Assembly (NCBI GenBank): GCA_964016885.1
Contig: OZ024743.1
Span: 69,750,001-69,814,000 of the forward strand
Source of the DNA: Eledone cirrhosa
Taxonomy: Eukaryota
DNA length: 64,000 nucleotides
Direction: 5' to 3'
The notes under the pieces: model-generated
What the model saw: only the letters and a program-made list of their open reading frames with translations
Told to the model about the DNA's origin: nothing
The model's database searches: none
Shown: piece after piece, positions 51,651 to 64,000 of the stretch
How positions within the stretch are numbered: the first letter of the stretch is position 1
Layout of the letters: the number at the start of each line of letters is the position of its first letter
Made by a program: the position numbers and the translations under genes

Positions 51651-54600
51651 AATTCATCGCCGCTACGGCACTAGCTTGTGCCAAGCTGAAAGGTTATTGA
51701 AAGACACTGTTTGCTGTTATATAAAAACTACAATAACAACAGAACAAATCCGCTTCTTAAAACACTGTGTTTCCTCCAAAACATACACAACAAACATATC
51801 AAAACAAGTAAATAATTTATTATTGAACAAAACATAAGCCGAACGGCTAAAACACACAATAACAGTTAATATGAAAAGAACAACATACACAAAAGTCAAC
51901 GCACTATTCAGACAAAAACGCATCAACGGTAAGGAAATCCGAAATCTCATCACAGCAAACGAGAGAGACGACTTCATGAGTGTCATCCGACGCGAAATGA
52001 AATATGCTCAAAACGAATGCTGTAGGCATTTCAAGAAGAAATTAGAATGGATGAATAAGAAAAAACTAAAAGAAAGGAAAATCGAATATTCTCAAAAATA
52101 CTCAGATAACATCGACAATATCCGTATGACTGATGTAAAACTACCGGAAGAATTTACCAATGACCACACAGTAAATATCTATGGGAACACTTTAATCAGT
52201 GAACAAGAACAACAAATCCTAAGGTTACCACCAAAATTTGCCATCTACAAAAAGATTAACCCTATGGAATGCAAAACGGAGCTGGAAAAGTGTTTCACAA
52301 AAATACGTTGGAATGCAAAGGTAAACAGCAACAACAATAATAAAGGTAGTAGTAATATAAACAATAACTCTGGGTATAGAAATAACAGCCATAACCATAA
52401 CAATGGCAGGAAAGTGAGAAATAGTGATAATGGCAATAATACTAGCGATAGACGGAACAACAACAACCACAATTATAATAATAATAGAAACGTTAACCAC
52501 AGACACAGCAACAGTGACCACAGTAGTAATAACGGTAACAATACGAACAACAACAACAATAACCACAGTGGTAATAATGGAAATAGTACATGTAGCAACA
52601 TCAACAAAAACAAGAAACATAATAATAGTAACAACCACAATAGTAGAAATAACAGTAACAACAACAACAATAACAGTGAAGTAAACAACAATACATCTAG
52701 CAATCATAACAATAATAATAATGCTAATGATAGAAACAACAACAACCACCATGATAACAATAATAGCAACACACACAACTATGACGATAGAAATAACGAC
52801 AACCCCTTAGAGAAACTATTTTTCAACCCATCTGACAAAACATATAAGATGGGTAATATCTATCCTACGAGGTTACCCTTTAATAAAAGAGTTTGCATAC
52901 CACAGCAAATAGATGACGAGACGGAGGCACAGTTCACCATAGCTAGAAATAAGATTAGACAAGTAGTAGACAGGTATAATATGAGACAGAGCAGACCAGA
53001 GGCCCAACAACTTGGGAGAAAACATGTAGAAGGCTTGGTTAGCCTCAAGCAGCGCACAAGGGATGGTGAGGTAGTGTGTCTACCCACAGATAAGTATGGT
53101 AGGATATCAATAGATAGCATGCCGAACTACATCGAGGCAATGCAACCCCACATCACCAACACGAGCGAAGTTGCACAACTAACACACGATGGGAGAGAAA
53201 AAATCCTCAACGCTCACATGATGATGTGGACTGACATCCTAAAGCCAAGCAGACGCACTGCCAACAACTTCCAGGCGTCTAACAATAGCATACCACCCTT
53301 GTATGGGCTCCACAAAGACCACAAGACAGTCGACGACCCGACAACAGGACCACCAACAAGACCCGTATGCGGAGCTAATATAGCTAGCAACTACAGGATC
53401 TCCTACTTCCTCTCAATGGTTATACGCCCCATAATCAAGATGTCCCCAGATGTATGTGAAAGTACAGAGGACCTCCTCAGCAGAATCAGTGAGTGCAACA
53501 AAAACAGGAGCCTATCCAACTGCATAATAGGCAGCATGGATGTGGTGTCACTGTACCCATCCATTAACATTGATTTTGCTGTGAAAAGATGTGTGGAGAT
53601 GATCATTGAGAGTGAGGTGGAGTTCTGCGACGTCGACACAGACGAACTGGGCCTCCTACATAGACTTACCTACGACACTGACTACCTAGACAGCCATGAC
53701 CTTAGATGTTTCTGCCCTAGTAGACCTATAAGAGGTAGACCCCCACCATAACCTCAATGGCTAAAAAGACTCCCATAGGAAGGTGGATTGGGTGGACCAA
53801 AGCTATACGGACCCCCCAAAACACTGATCGGGTAAGAATAATGGTCGCACATGTAATAGGGGCTAGTATCAAAACTACCCTAAAGGGCCACATATTTAAG
53901 TTCAATGAGAAAATCTACACCCAAAATGAGGGAGCAGCCATCGGCGTCAGCATAGCTGGTGATGTTGCCAACCTTTTCATGGTATGGTGGGAAAGGAGAC
54001 TTAAAGATCTCCTTAATGAAAGCTCCATAGACCTCATCATGTACTCTCGTTATGTAGACGATATCAATATAGTTATAAGAACACCCCCACTAGAGAGCAC
54101 TAACAAATTTGATTTAGAACGTAGCACGATGGAAAGCATCCAGCAGATAGCTAATTCCATACACCAGAGTATAACTGTAACTATCGACTTCCCTTCCAAA
54201 CACCCGAACAATAGACTACCTGTATTAGACACAGAACTCTGGATTAACACTATAGACGAGAGAGCCCAAATTCTCCACTCACACTATGCTAAACCCATGG
54301 CCTCCAAATACCTGATACTCAAAAACTCAGCAATCTCCAGTAGTGCTAAGTTTAATATTCTGATCGCAGATTTGGTACGAGTGATGAAAAATGTGTCCAG
54401 CATGTGCGACCCAACAGAAATGGAAAGACACATCCAACACTTCATCAACCGCATGCAGTTCTCTGGCTACAACCAAAGAGACAGAGTCAGAGTATACGAA
54501 GGAGCCATGGAAAAGTATAAGACCCTCATAGAACTGGACATGAAAGGAATTTGCCCACTATACAGGAGCAAATCATGGAATAGCTTAGATAGGGCTAGAC

Positions 54601-55207
54601 ATAAGATAGGGAAGGCCACATCATGGTACGACAACCAGAGATATCAGAGTGTCATGTTTGTGGACGCCACCCCTGGATGGAAATTAGCTAACCAGTGTAG
54701 AAAGGCTCTAAGAATGACCCACTTAAAAATAAAGGTGGTAGAAAAGCCAGGAACCACCATAAAATCCCTGATCAGCAAAACCTACCCTTTTAAGAAAACC
54801 CACTGTACCAATAGGAAATGTATTATATGTAAGGTGAACCCCCGGATAAACTGTAAAACTAGAAACGTAGTCTATAGCATAAGATGTACAGAGGGTACTT
54901 GCAGAAACATGACAACAACATACATAGGTGAGACAGCTCGTAGCATAGGTGAAAGGATAGACCAACACTGGGGGGAACTAAAAGGACGAAAAACGGGTCT
55001 GTACTATACGAACATGCTAGACAACAACATGACGGTAACATAGACAACATAGAAATTAGAATAATATCTAAACATAGGAATGACCCACCAGATAGGCAAA
55101 TCAGAGAGGCCAGTGAAATAGAAATTAGAAGACCAAAGCTAAACAGAAAGAATGAGTGGAACAACAACAACACCCAAACAAACAACACTGACCTAAGAGA
55201 AGTATAA
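51583..55207 (+). pseudogene. Near-complete PLE ORF (Asn-rich N-terminus, RT, Zn linker, GIY-YIG) with three lesions
   Basis: YGLHKDHK, RPVC, SMDVVSLYPSI, QNEGAAIG, RYVDD, CTNRKCIIC, VVYSIRC...YIGET...RIDQH, REASEI..RPKLN. In-frame TAA at 51835; 1-nt deletions at ~53745 and ~54990. Confidence 0.92.
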
Positions 55208-55730
55208 ATAAGTAAATAAAATAAAATAAAATAAGATAAATAAATACATACGCAAGCACAATAACAACAAGCACATAAACACACACTAGTCACCCAGCAG
55301 ACACAACACTATACACACTAGTCACACAGCACACATAACACTATACACACACGCAAACGCATGCGCAAAGAAGACAAAATAAAATAAGATAAACAAACAA
55401 GCAAATAAATAAATAAATATATAGACAGACTGAATAAAAAATGGCGTAGACATACAACACAACAGGAGGAACAATGAATATAACACCACTGACGATGTTG
55501 CAGATGTGCAACGAAAGATTTATGTAAATTATGTAAACTATATATATGTGTTTGTGTCTATATTGTATCTGTATTATTTTTGACCGCTGGTCAGTCAATG
55601 GCAACATTGAGGACCGAGTAAGTTAGATCGCAGATATAAAAGACAGCGAGAAGCGAAAACCAACCAAACAGTGAGTGTGTTCTGTTATTAATTCTGGCAA
55701 TATTACGCAAATATGACCCTCCCCAAATAT

Positions 55731-55735
<5 letters not shown>
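55208..55735 (+). mobile_element. 3' non-coding pseudo-LTR ending in (TA)n
   Basis: Present three times in the composite. Confidence 0.9.
55478..55534 (+). ncRNA. Pseudo-LTR hammerhead motif
   Basis: ATATAA-CAC-CA / CTGACGA-T / GTTGCA-GATG-TGCAAC / GAA-AGATTT-A / TG-TAAA-TTATGT; proximal stem I is weak. Confidence 0.55.
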
Positions 55736-55799
<64 letters not shown>

Positions 55800-55806
<7 letters not shown>

Positions 55807-56267
55807 GTTTGAATATGTGTAATAAAGCCAAAACAATGCAGGTATGGACATAGAAAAAAGAATGCAATTGTAAAAGATATTGTTGACAATTCGTCCTTTA
55901 CCTTGAATTTATTTAAATGTCCTTAATTTTCGAGATAATATCTCTTCTTCGGAGGGAAATGAAGGTCTCAAACCACCGTTCTAAATATCTAGCCAAGCCA
56001 TGCTGACAGTACAATTTCCTGTCAGCATGGCTTGGCTAGATATTTAGAACGCTGGTTTGAGACCTTCATTTTCCTCCGAAGAAGAGATATTATCTCGAAA
56101 ATTAAGGACATTTAAATAAATTCAAGGTAAAGGACGAATTGTCAACAATATCTTTTACAATTGCATTCTTTTTTCTATGTCCATACCTGCATTGTTTTGG
56201 CTTTATTACACATATTCAAACGTTTATACCTCATTACCCAATGCTTCAAGTGAACTATAACCTCCTC

Positions 56268-56270
<3 letters not shown>
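55800..56270. mobile_element. Fold-back element (family E), ~210-bp arms, 9-nt loop, in (TA)n
   Basis: 55800-56009 is the reverse complement of 56019-56228 with ~2 mismatches; ~40-nt single-copy tail. Confidence 0.85.
56072..56108 (+). ncRNA. Ultra-minimal hammerhead-like motif, U4>C core; mirror at 55920-55956 (-)
   Basis: TCCT-CCGAAGA-A-GAGAT ATT ATCTC-GAA-AATT-A-AGGA. Confidence 0.6.
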
Positions 56271-56317
<47 letters not shown>

Positions 56318-56885
56318 TGTGTATGTGTGTGGATTTGAGCATGTGTTTGTGGGTAACATAATAACCAAAAAGTTTAGTAGCATGATTGCAAGCTCAACGC
56401 ACTAACCACTAAGATATGTGCCGCCAACTTATATAATATATATATCAGATATTAAAAGAGATTATCAAGTTTATAACGTCTGGAGATCCTCTACATATAT
56501 TTACATTAACAACGACCAGATGTTAAAGATTCAATAATCTATTTTAATGCCATATCTTTAGAACTATAAATAATTATCCACTATTACAGGAGATAAACTT
56601 GTGAAGAATAATTAACAAATTGTATCGCAAATGTCCACACATATATTGTCTATAACTTCGTGCTCAAACACAAAAAAACATATATATACACTCACACGCA
56701 AATATATATATATATATAAGCAGGGAAAGGCGGACGTAAAATGTTGATGATGATATATATATATATACAAACATATATATTTGTATCCATATAAATACAA
56801 ACAGTTATATAGTTATATAGACGCGTAGACATTCACACATTCACACACAAAAATACTCATAGATGCTTTCTGATACACACACACA

Positions 56886-56922
<37 letters not shown>

Positions 56923-57503
56923 GATATATACATATATATATATATGCATATATATACATACATATATATACATGAGTATGTATATATATATATATATATA
57001 TACACACCTATATGTGTGTGTATATATGTATATATATGTATATATATATATAACATCACACGTATAAATTCATAAACTTCAAACCAAAATACGTCAACAC
57101 GCGCCTACAGTGAAACTATTAGATACATCCAGGCACGTATCTAAGCATACACATAATGATATTCACCCACACACACACACACACACGTTACCATAGCACA
57201 CATACACACACACCATTTCTACACATACACGAACCCACATACGTTCACATAAACCCATATATGCGCTCATAAACACATTCGTAGACGCCAGTTCTAATTT
57301 ATTAACTTACTACAATATTTACAATCCAATTTGTCATTTGCATATGTTAAATAATTCAAAGGGGAGATTTGTTATTGTCGTTTTCGTTCAACCCCGCCTC
57401 CACCCTCACACGTCAACAGAAACACTTCCCCTCACACTCACCAAATATTCCCAGACAGCAACTTACGCACACAGACCCCCTCCCCCCAAACACACATATA
57501 TAT

Positions 57504-57540
<37 letters not shown>

Positions 57541-57588
57541 TTTATATATATATATAATGTATATATATACAAAAACATATGTATATGT

Positions 57589-57623
<35 letters not shown>

Positions 57624-57627
57624 GAAG

Positions 57628-57685
<58 letters not shown>

Positions 57686-57889
57686 TGAGATGCATATATA
57701 CGCAATTCTCTTTATATCTCTCTATATAACCATATGCAAGTGTGTGTGTGTGTAATTAATGGCACAGAGATGTGTTACCTTATTAACTTTGGTTATATTC
57801 TCATAGTGTTGCAGTTTGATATATCAAAAGAGGTCAATATATAAATACACACACACACACACACACACAGATATATATATATATATAAT

Positions 57890-58081
57890 AATTATTTCTA
57901 CTTTTAGCACAAGGCCAGCAATTACTCCAGTGCATTACTGGTACTTTTATTTTATAGACCCCCGTAAGGATGAAAGGCAAAGTTAACCCCGGCGGGATTT
58001 GAACTCAGACCGTAAAGGGACGTAACCATGCTGGAAAGCATCGCGTCCGACCCTCTACCGATACTGCCAATTTAACGCCCT
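57890..58081 (-). mobile_element. tRNA-related SINE, same family as 46428-46648
   Basis: GGATGAAAGGCAAAGTTAACCCCGGCGGGATTTGAACTCAG on the plus strand. Confidence 0.7.
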
Positions 58082-58217
58082 TCGTGTATATATATATATT
58101 AATGCGTCTAAACATCACCGAGCCAAAGCAGACAGCTGATGGGCGGGAATTGTCCTTCCGTTTGTGTTTCTCTTAAATTTTGGTTAAACAATATTTACTA
58201 GTAAGCACAGAGAGACT

Positions 58218-58390
58218 TTGTCACTTTTAATATATATGAAACGAAGGAAGTGTGGTAAGGAACCAGGTGGACCATAATGTACCAGAGTACTCCGTACTAT
58301 GGGTAGTAGAGTGGGTAATAGGAATAGAGTCAAGACCCCGATGGCAGAGCTCGAGCCGTTTCGACGGCTATTTCTGACTCTTTTCCTATA
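58218..58390 (-). mobile_element. Inverted family C pseudo-LTR in front of a truncated PLE
   Basis: Matches the reverse complement of ~3000-3140. Confidence 0.6.
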
Positions 58391-58397
58391 TATATCG

Positions 58398-59600
58398 GTG
58401 ATTAATTTCGACGACTCTATTTGGATTAACAAATCCAATAGTACCCCATTCGACGTGAGTATGGGCGCCAGCGATTCTGCGGAGGTTACTGATCTTATCG
58501 GCCTTTTCTTTCTGTTCACTATCAAGGACGAATTCCCCAACGCGGGCGGTGGTTTGTACCGTTATGATGGCCTTTTGACCATGACTAAGTGCGGACCTCG
58601 TGTTTGCGACAGGTTCAGAAAAGAACTCACAGCCTTATTTAAAGGCTTCAACCTCTCTATACAGGTTGAGGCCAATCTCTCGGTCGTTAATTACCTCGCC
58701 GTTACCCTCAATTTATTGAATGGGTTGTATTACCCGTATAGAAAGCCGAATGATACGCTTAATTACATAAGTAGGCATTCCAACCATCCTGCCAGCATAA
58801 CCAAGAACCTGGTAAGAAACGTTTCGTTGAGGCTTTCCCGTCTATCTACTAACGAGCATATTTTCAAGACCATTCCACTTGTTACAATGAAGCTCTTGCT
58901 CGGAGTGGATTTGTCGATAAGGTAGCATATACAGAGTACGAAAATAGACACAGTAGAAATAGATCCCGTCGCATTTGTTGGTATAACCCACCATATAATA
59001 TGGAGGTAGCCACACCATTAGCTAAGATCTTTCTCTCCCTTATTACGAAGCATTTTCCCCCTACACATAAATATAGTAACATTTTTAATAGAAATACTAT
59101 TAAAATTTCTTACTCTACGACTCCTAACCTTGCACATAACATCACAGCTTCAAATTTAGCTAAACTACCTAGCCGTATGAACACGTGCAACCCTGTAGTT
59201 AGTACTAACTGTAATTGTAGGAATCGGGTTGATTGCCTCCTTCCGGGAAATGCCTCTCTAGTAACATTGTCTACAAATGTAAGGTTGAAACACCCACGTC
59301 CCGTAGGGCCTACATAGGGTTAACCGCCAATAGATTCAAGCAGCGTCTTTATATGCATACCCATTCTTTTCGTTACCCTCTAAGAAGGAATATGACGTCA
59401 CTTTCAGCTTATATCTGGAGTCTAAAAGACAACCACACCCAATATAAGTTACACTGGGAGATCCTATCTAGGGCTAGATCGTATAACGGAAACAAAAGAC
59501 CATGTCACCTCAGCGCCGCTGAGGTCACGGAAATACTCTACGCCAAAGACCACATCTTAAACAAAAAATCTTAGGCAATTTCGGCTTGTAAACATAAATT
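58398..59600 (+). pseudogene. 5'-truncated PLE RT + GIY-YIG, same type as 42880-44870
   Basis: FDVSMGASDSAEV, GLYRYD, PYRKPN, SNHP, WYNPPY, CNCRNRVDC, IVYKC...YIGLT...FKQR; two frameshifts. Confidence 0.88.
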
Positions 59601-60236
59601 GCACAAACCTTTCCTGTATTACAGCCCCACGTTATACCCTAACAGATAGTACGATATATACGTGGATATTTTACGTCTTGATGTGGTAGCTAAGTATATG
59701 TTTTGTTTATACCATTACTTAATTGCATAGGTAAGTAAATATTACCTGTATGTTTTGTGAAGGTACGTATACCTTCTCGTACGTATATTTGATTGTATAT
59801 GTTAGTGCGTATAATTTTATATATTCTGGTACATATGATTTGGTTATGTGTATACCGGGGTTTTGCGTCTGTGTGAGTATGCAGGTTCGTACGTATGTAG
59901 GGTGTGTGTATATGTATACTTCATCTTTTGGTTGACTTACGTGTCCGTAAGTGTATTTACATGTAGGTATGTGTGTGCGCTTGTTATATACGTATTTATT
60001 TATTTATATACGTTTATTTAATTATTTATTTATTTGTATACACGCATACACACACACACATATTTATATGTGCGTGGTTTTGTATACCTATGGTAAGTGT
60101 TTTCGCGTATGCTTGTGTATGTACGTATTTGTATGCGTGTATGTATTTATTTAAATTCTATTACCTCTGTATTGTATTTATTTACTTTGTTCTTAACTCT
60201 GAAGCGGAGTTTCATTCGGTCTCCTAGTTAGAATTT

Positions 60237-60505
60237 TAGTCTACGACTTCTGCTATACTATTTACGTGGTTTTGTCTTCGCGTGCAATTGTTCTCCACGC
60301 TCCACATATGACGTATTATCTTCGTTTTTTTCGTTCATTGCCAGAGAACGTCTCTATGAACCACCTTAGAGAACATTAGTCTACGACCTCTTTTATACCA
60401 TAAATGTGGTTCTGTCTTTGCGCGTAATTGTTTTTCACCGCTCCTATTAATGACGTATAATTCGTTTTTTCCCGTTCTTTGCCAGCGAACGTTTCCACGA
60501 ACCAA
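60237..60505 (+). repeat. Diverged ~140-bp tandem duplication in a family D remnant
   Basis: TTAGTCTACGAC...GAACC at ~60237 and ~60376. Confidence 0.7.
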
Positions 60506-60568
60506 AGTATCGTCTTCCTGTCTTCCTCCGGTTACTTAAGGTTTTTTGAAATATCCACTTCTGCGTTT

Positions 60569-60644
60569 ACAGATTAACTTTGTTAGTTTCAGAAGATCCC
60601 GTTAAGGATGAAAGCAGCGATTCTTTGCTTAAACTTTAATCTGT
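60569..60644 (+). ncRNA. Type I hammerhead-like motif, U4>A core (family D)
   Basis: CAGATTAA-ctttgtt-AGTTT / CAGAAGA / TCC CGTTAA GGA T / GAA / AGCAG CGATTCT TTGCT / T / AAACT-TTAATCTG. Confidence 0.55.
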
Positions 60645-60655
60645 TATTTTAATAA

Positions 60656-60758
<103 letters not shown>

Positions 60759-60784
60759 TATATATATAAATATATATATATATA

Positions 60785-61137
60785 TACGATATTAATAAAT
60801 GGAAATTATATTTATAAAACCATTTTTATTTCATTATACATATTTCAAGGACACCAAGTTAAATTATGGTGGTGTGCTTTCATCAGATAATATATAATAT
60901 AGAACAGTTTTATGAATAAATATTGACATACCCTTAAAGAATGCAACCATTCTGATGAAAGCACACCATAATTTAACTTGGTGTCCTTGAAATATGTACA
61001 ATGAAATAAATATGGTTTTATAAATATAGTTTCCATTTATTAATATCGTATTTTTAGTCCAAATATTTATTGAGTGCTTTATATCAGTTATAAAAATATT
61101 TGCTTGTTTTATCCCAACAATTTAAATAGAACTTTAC
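60785..61137. mobile_element. Family A fold-back element with hammerhead cores on both arms
   Basis: Arms ~60785-60887 and ~60952-61050. The minus-strand motif CTGATGA-AAGCACACCA..TGGTGTCCTT-GAAA-TATGTA-TA-ATGAAATA looks intact; the plus copy is altered at the cleavage site. Confidence 0.75.
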
Positions 61138-61164
61138 ATATATATATATATATATACATATATA

Positions 61165-61201
<37 letters not shown>

Positions 61202-61207
61202 CATGTG

Positions 61208-61379
<172 letters not shown>

Positions 61380-61404
61380 TATATATATATGTGTGTGTGT
61401 GTAA

Positions 61405-61533
<129 letters not shown>

Positions 61534-61910
61534 CATGTGTGTGTGTCTGATGCAATCCGCCGAACTTCACACTTAACAAATGTAGAATCATAGGAACACA
61601 ATCAGCGAAACAATACAGGATGTATTGCAACACCTGGTATTACAGTACGTGTGTGAAAGATATTGACAATAGATAGGCTTGGAGGAATATATTGAAATAA
61701 CAGACAATAACGAGCCAGCAGTTCATCACCAAATTGATCTCAAACAATACTCACCAATTACATATTGAAATGGCAATCGATACACTTTTCTGCAAATAGT
61801 TCCATAGAGCATATTTATAAAATCGTGCAATTTCGACCTCAAAATGTTTTGGCACATAGAATCACATTCCATTTAGACTAGGCGTTTATGTCTGTATTTA
61901 TGTATGTATG

Positions 61911-62162
<252 letters not shown>

Positions 62163-62764
62163 ACCCACAGACCCTCCATCTCAACTCTACTTTTGAAAAG
62201 CAGAACAACTGCGAAACCGATAAAGGGGAACCAAATAAATATATATATATATACGAAAAAACTGAAATGAAATTTCATTTCTCACTCTTAGTAGGGCTGT
62301 TACTTAAATATAAGTATTTATACGTACATACATATATGTATATATATATACATACATGCACACATATATATATATGTACGTATGGATTTACCGAACATTT
62401 ATTATAATGCTCGGTGTGTTTGTAAACAAACATCCCAAGTTAAGCCGTGCAGTGTTTAGCAACCATCGTTTCCCTTTTGTTCAACACTGACATAGGAACG
62501 ATGTACTAGTTTCAAGCTTATTAGCTATCGTCAGCACCGTATACCTTCCTGCCAGATGATTGAACGTCTGAAAGTATATACTTTCCTTATGCATATTAAC
62601 GGCTGAGCAGCCTAATTTGCATATCGAGTGAGTTAATCTGCCTGGCGCACCGAAAACTATATATATATATGGATGAAACATTGTCAACGAATAAAAATTG
62701 TATGAGTAGGTAGGCGTTCTTTCATTTCTTTTACACAGATACATACACACACACACACACACAA

Positions 62765-62868
<104 letters not shown>

Positions 62869-62912
62869 TTGTGTATGTGTGTATGTATGTATATAATATT
62901 CTATCTATCTAT

Positions 62913-63212
62913 AGTAAATTTACTGAAATGGGGGTGAATGTGGCAAAAATTGCCCGAGTGATTGGGCCTTCTCTGTATATAAACCTGTAGGTTGAAGAAG
63001 AAAGGAGCATGTGCACAACATGCTCCTGAAGTTGAGGGTTGTTCTATCGTCGGGGTTTTAAACAACCCATTTGTGGCGACTCCCCCCTATTGGGATTTCG
63101 ATTGTTAAATTTGTTTGCTTCAATATATTTACAAGATTGTATGTAAAATCCCCGGCATGTTACCTTATTTTGTCCCATTTTCTTGTGCGCCCTTGTGACT
63201 AATAAAGAAATC
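62913..63212 (+). mobile_element. 5'-truncated Tx1-group LINE in (TATC)n
   Basis: 62913-62990 reads SKFTEMGVNVAKIARVIGPSLYINL* (cf. STFAKRWVNVARMARVNGPTLTMGL*); TCCCCCCTATTGGG; CCCTTGTGACTAATAAAGAAATC; CTATCTATCT on both flanks. Confidence 0.8.
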
Positions 63213-63345
63213 TATCTATCTATATATCTATCTATCTATCAATCTATATATCTATCTATCTATATCTATATATTTACCTACCTATTTATATATCAACCTT
63301 CCTATGTGATTACCTACCTCTATCTCTCTCTCTCACCAACCTCTC

Positions 63346-63442
<97 letters not shown>

Positions 63443-63655
63443 CTCTGTATATTTATATAAATATATATTAATTTTTACTAACCAGAAAAATAGAATTTGT
63501 CCAAGATGGCCGATTGCCACTAACTCTAGATATCGTATTTTGTAAATACAAGTCATTATATCAGATTTGATAGGTTACATAATGGAACAAACAGTGTTGT
63601 GTGGGAACACAACACATCGGTGCCCCGAACACCATTGTTTCATCAATATTCCCCG

Positions 63656-63751
<96 letters not shown>

Positions 63752-63806
63752 TTGGGTTTATTTGGGGGTAATCAAGAAAGGTACTCAATACTTAGTAGGG
63801 TTTATC

Positions 63807-63946
<140 letters not shown>

Positions 63947-64000
63947 GAGAGAGAGAGAGAAAAGTCAGGACCCCGGCGGCTGCGCTCCGGCCGTTTTAAC

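Overview
Eukaryotic, AT-rich, microsatellite-dense DNA. The SINE/RTE tails and repeat landscape suggest an octopus-like cephalopod (inference). No host gene is securely identified; there is one weak exon candidate at ~40.1 kb. The window is dominated by retroelements that each sit in a particular microsatellite. (1) A ~17.5 kb head-to-tail array (3.5-21 kb, minus strand) of four Tx1/L1-group LINEs joined by (AAT)n; copy 1 has an uninterrupted 1139-aa APE-RT-CCHC ORF2. A related 3' fragment at 62.9 kb sits in (TATC)n instead. (2) A 5'-truncated R4/Dong-type RLE element in (TAA)n at 33.2-35.5 kb. (3) Several Penelope-like elements (PLEs) in (TA)n, including a near-complete composite with direct and inverted pseudo-LTRs (48.8-55.7 kb). 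(4) Short fold-back PLE-end elements carrying minimal type I hammerhead ribozyme motifs, some with non-canonical cores; several turn around inside the ribozyme's own hairpins. Also present: two non-autonomous Helitrons, a Tigger-like MITE, tRNA-derived SINEs, a 45-bp minisatellite with higher-order structure and a zero-spacer 214-bp palindrome. All calls are from reading the sequence by eye; no searches were run.
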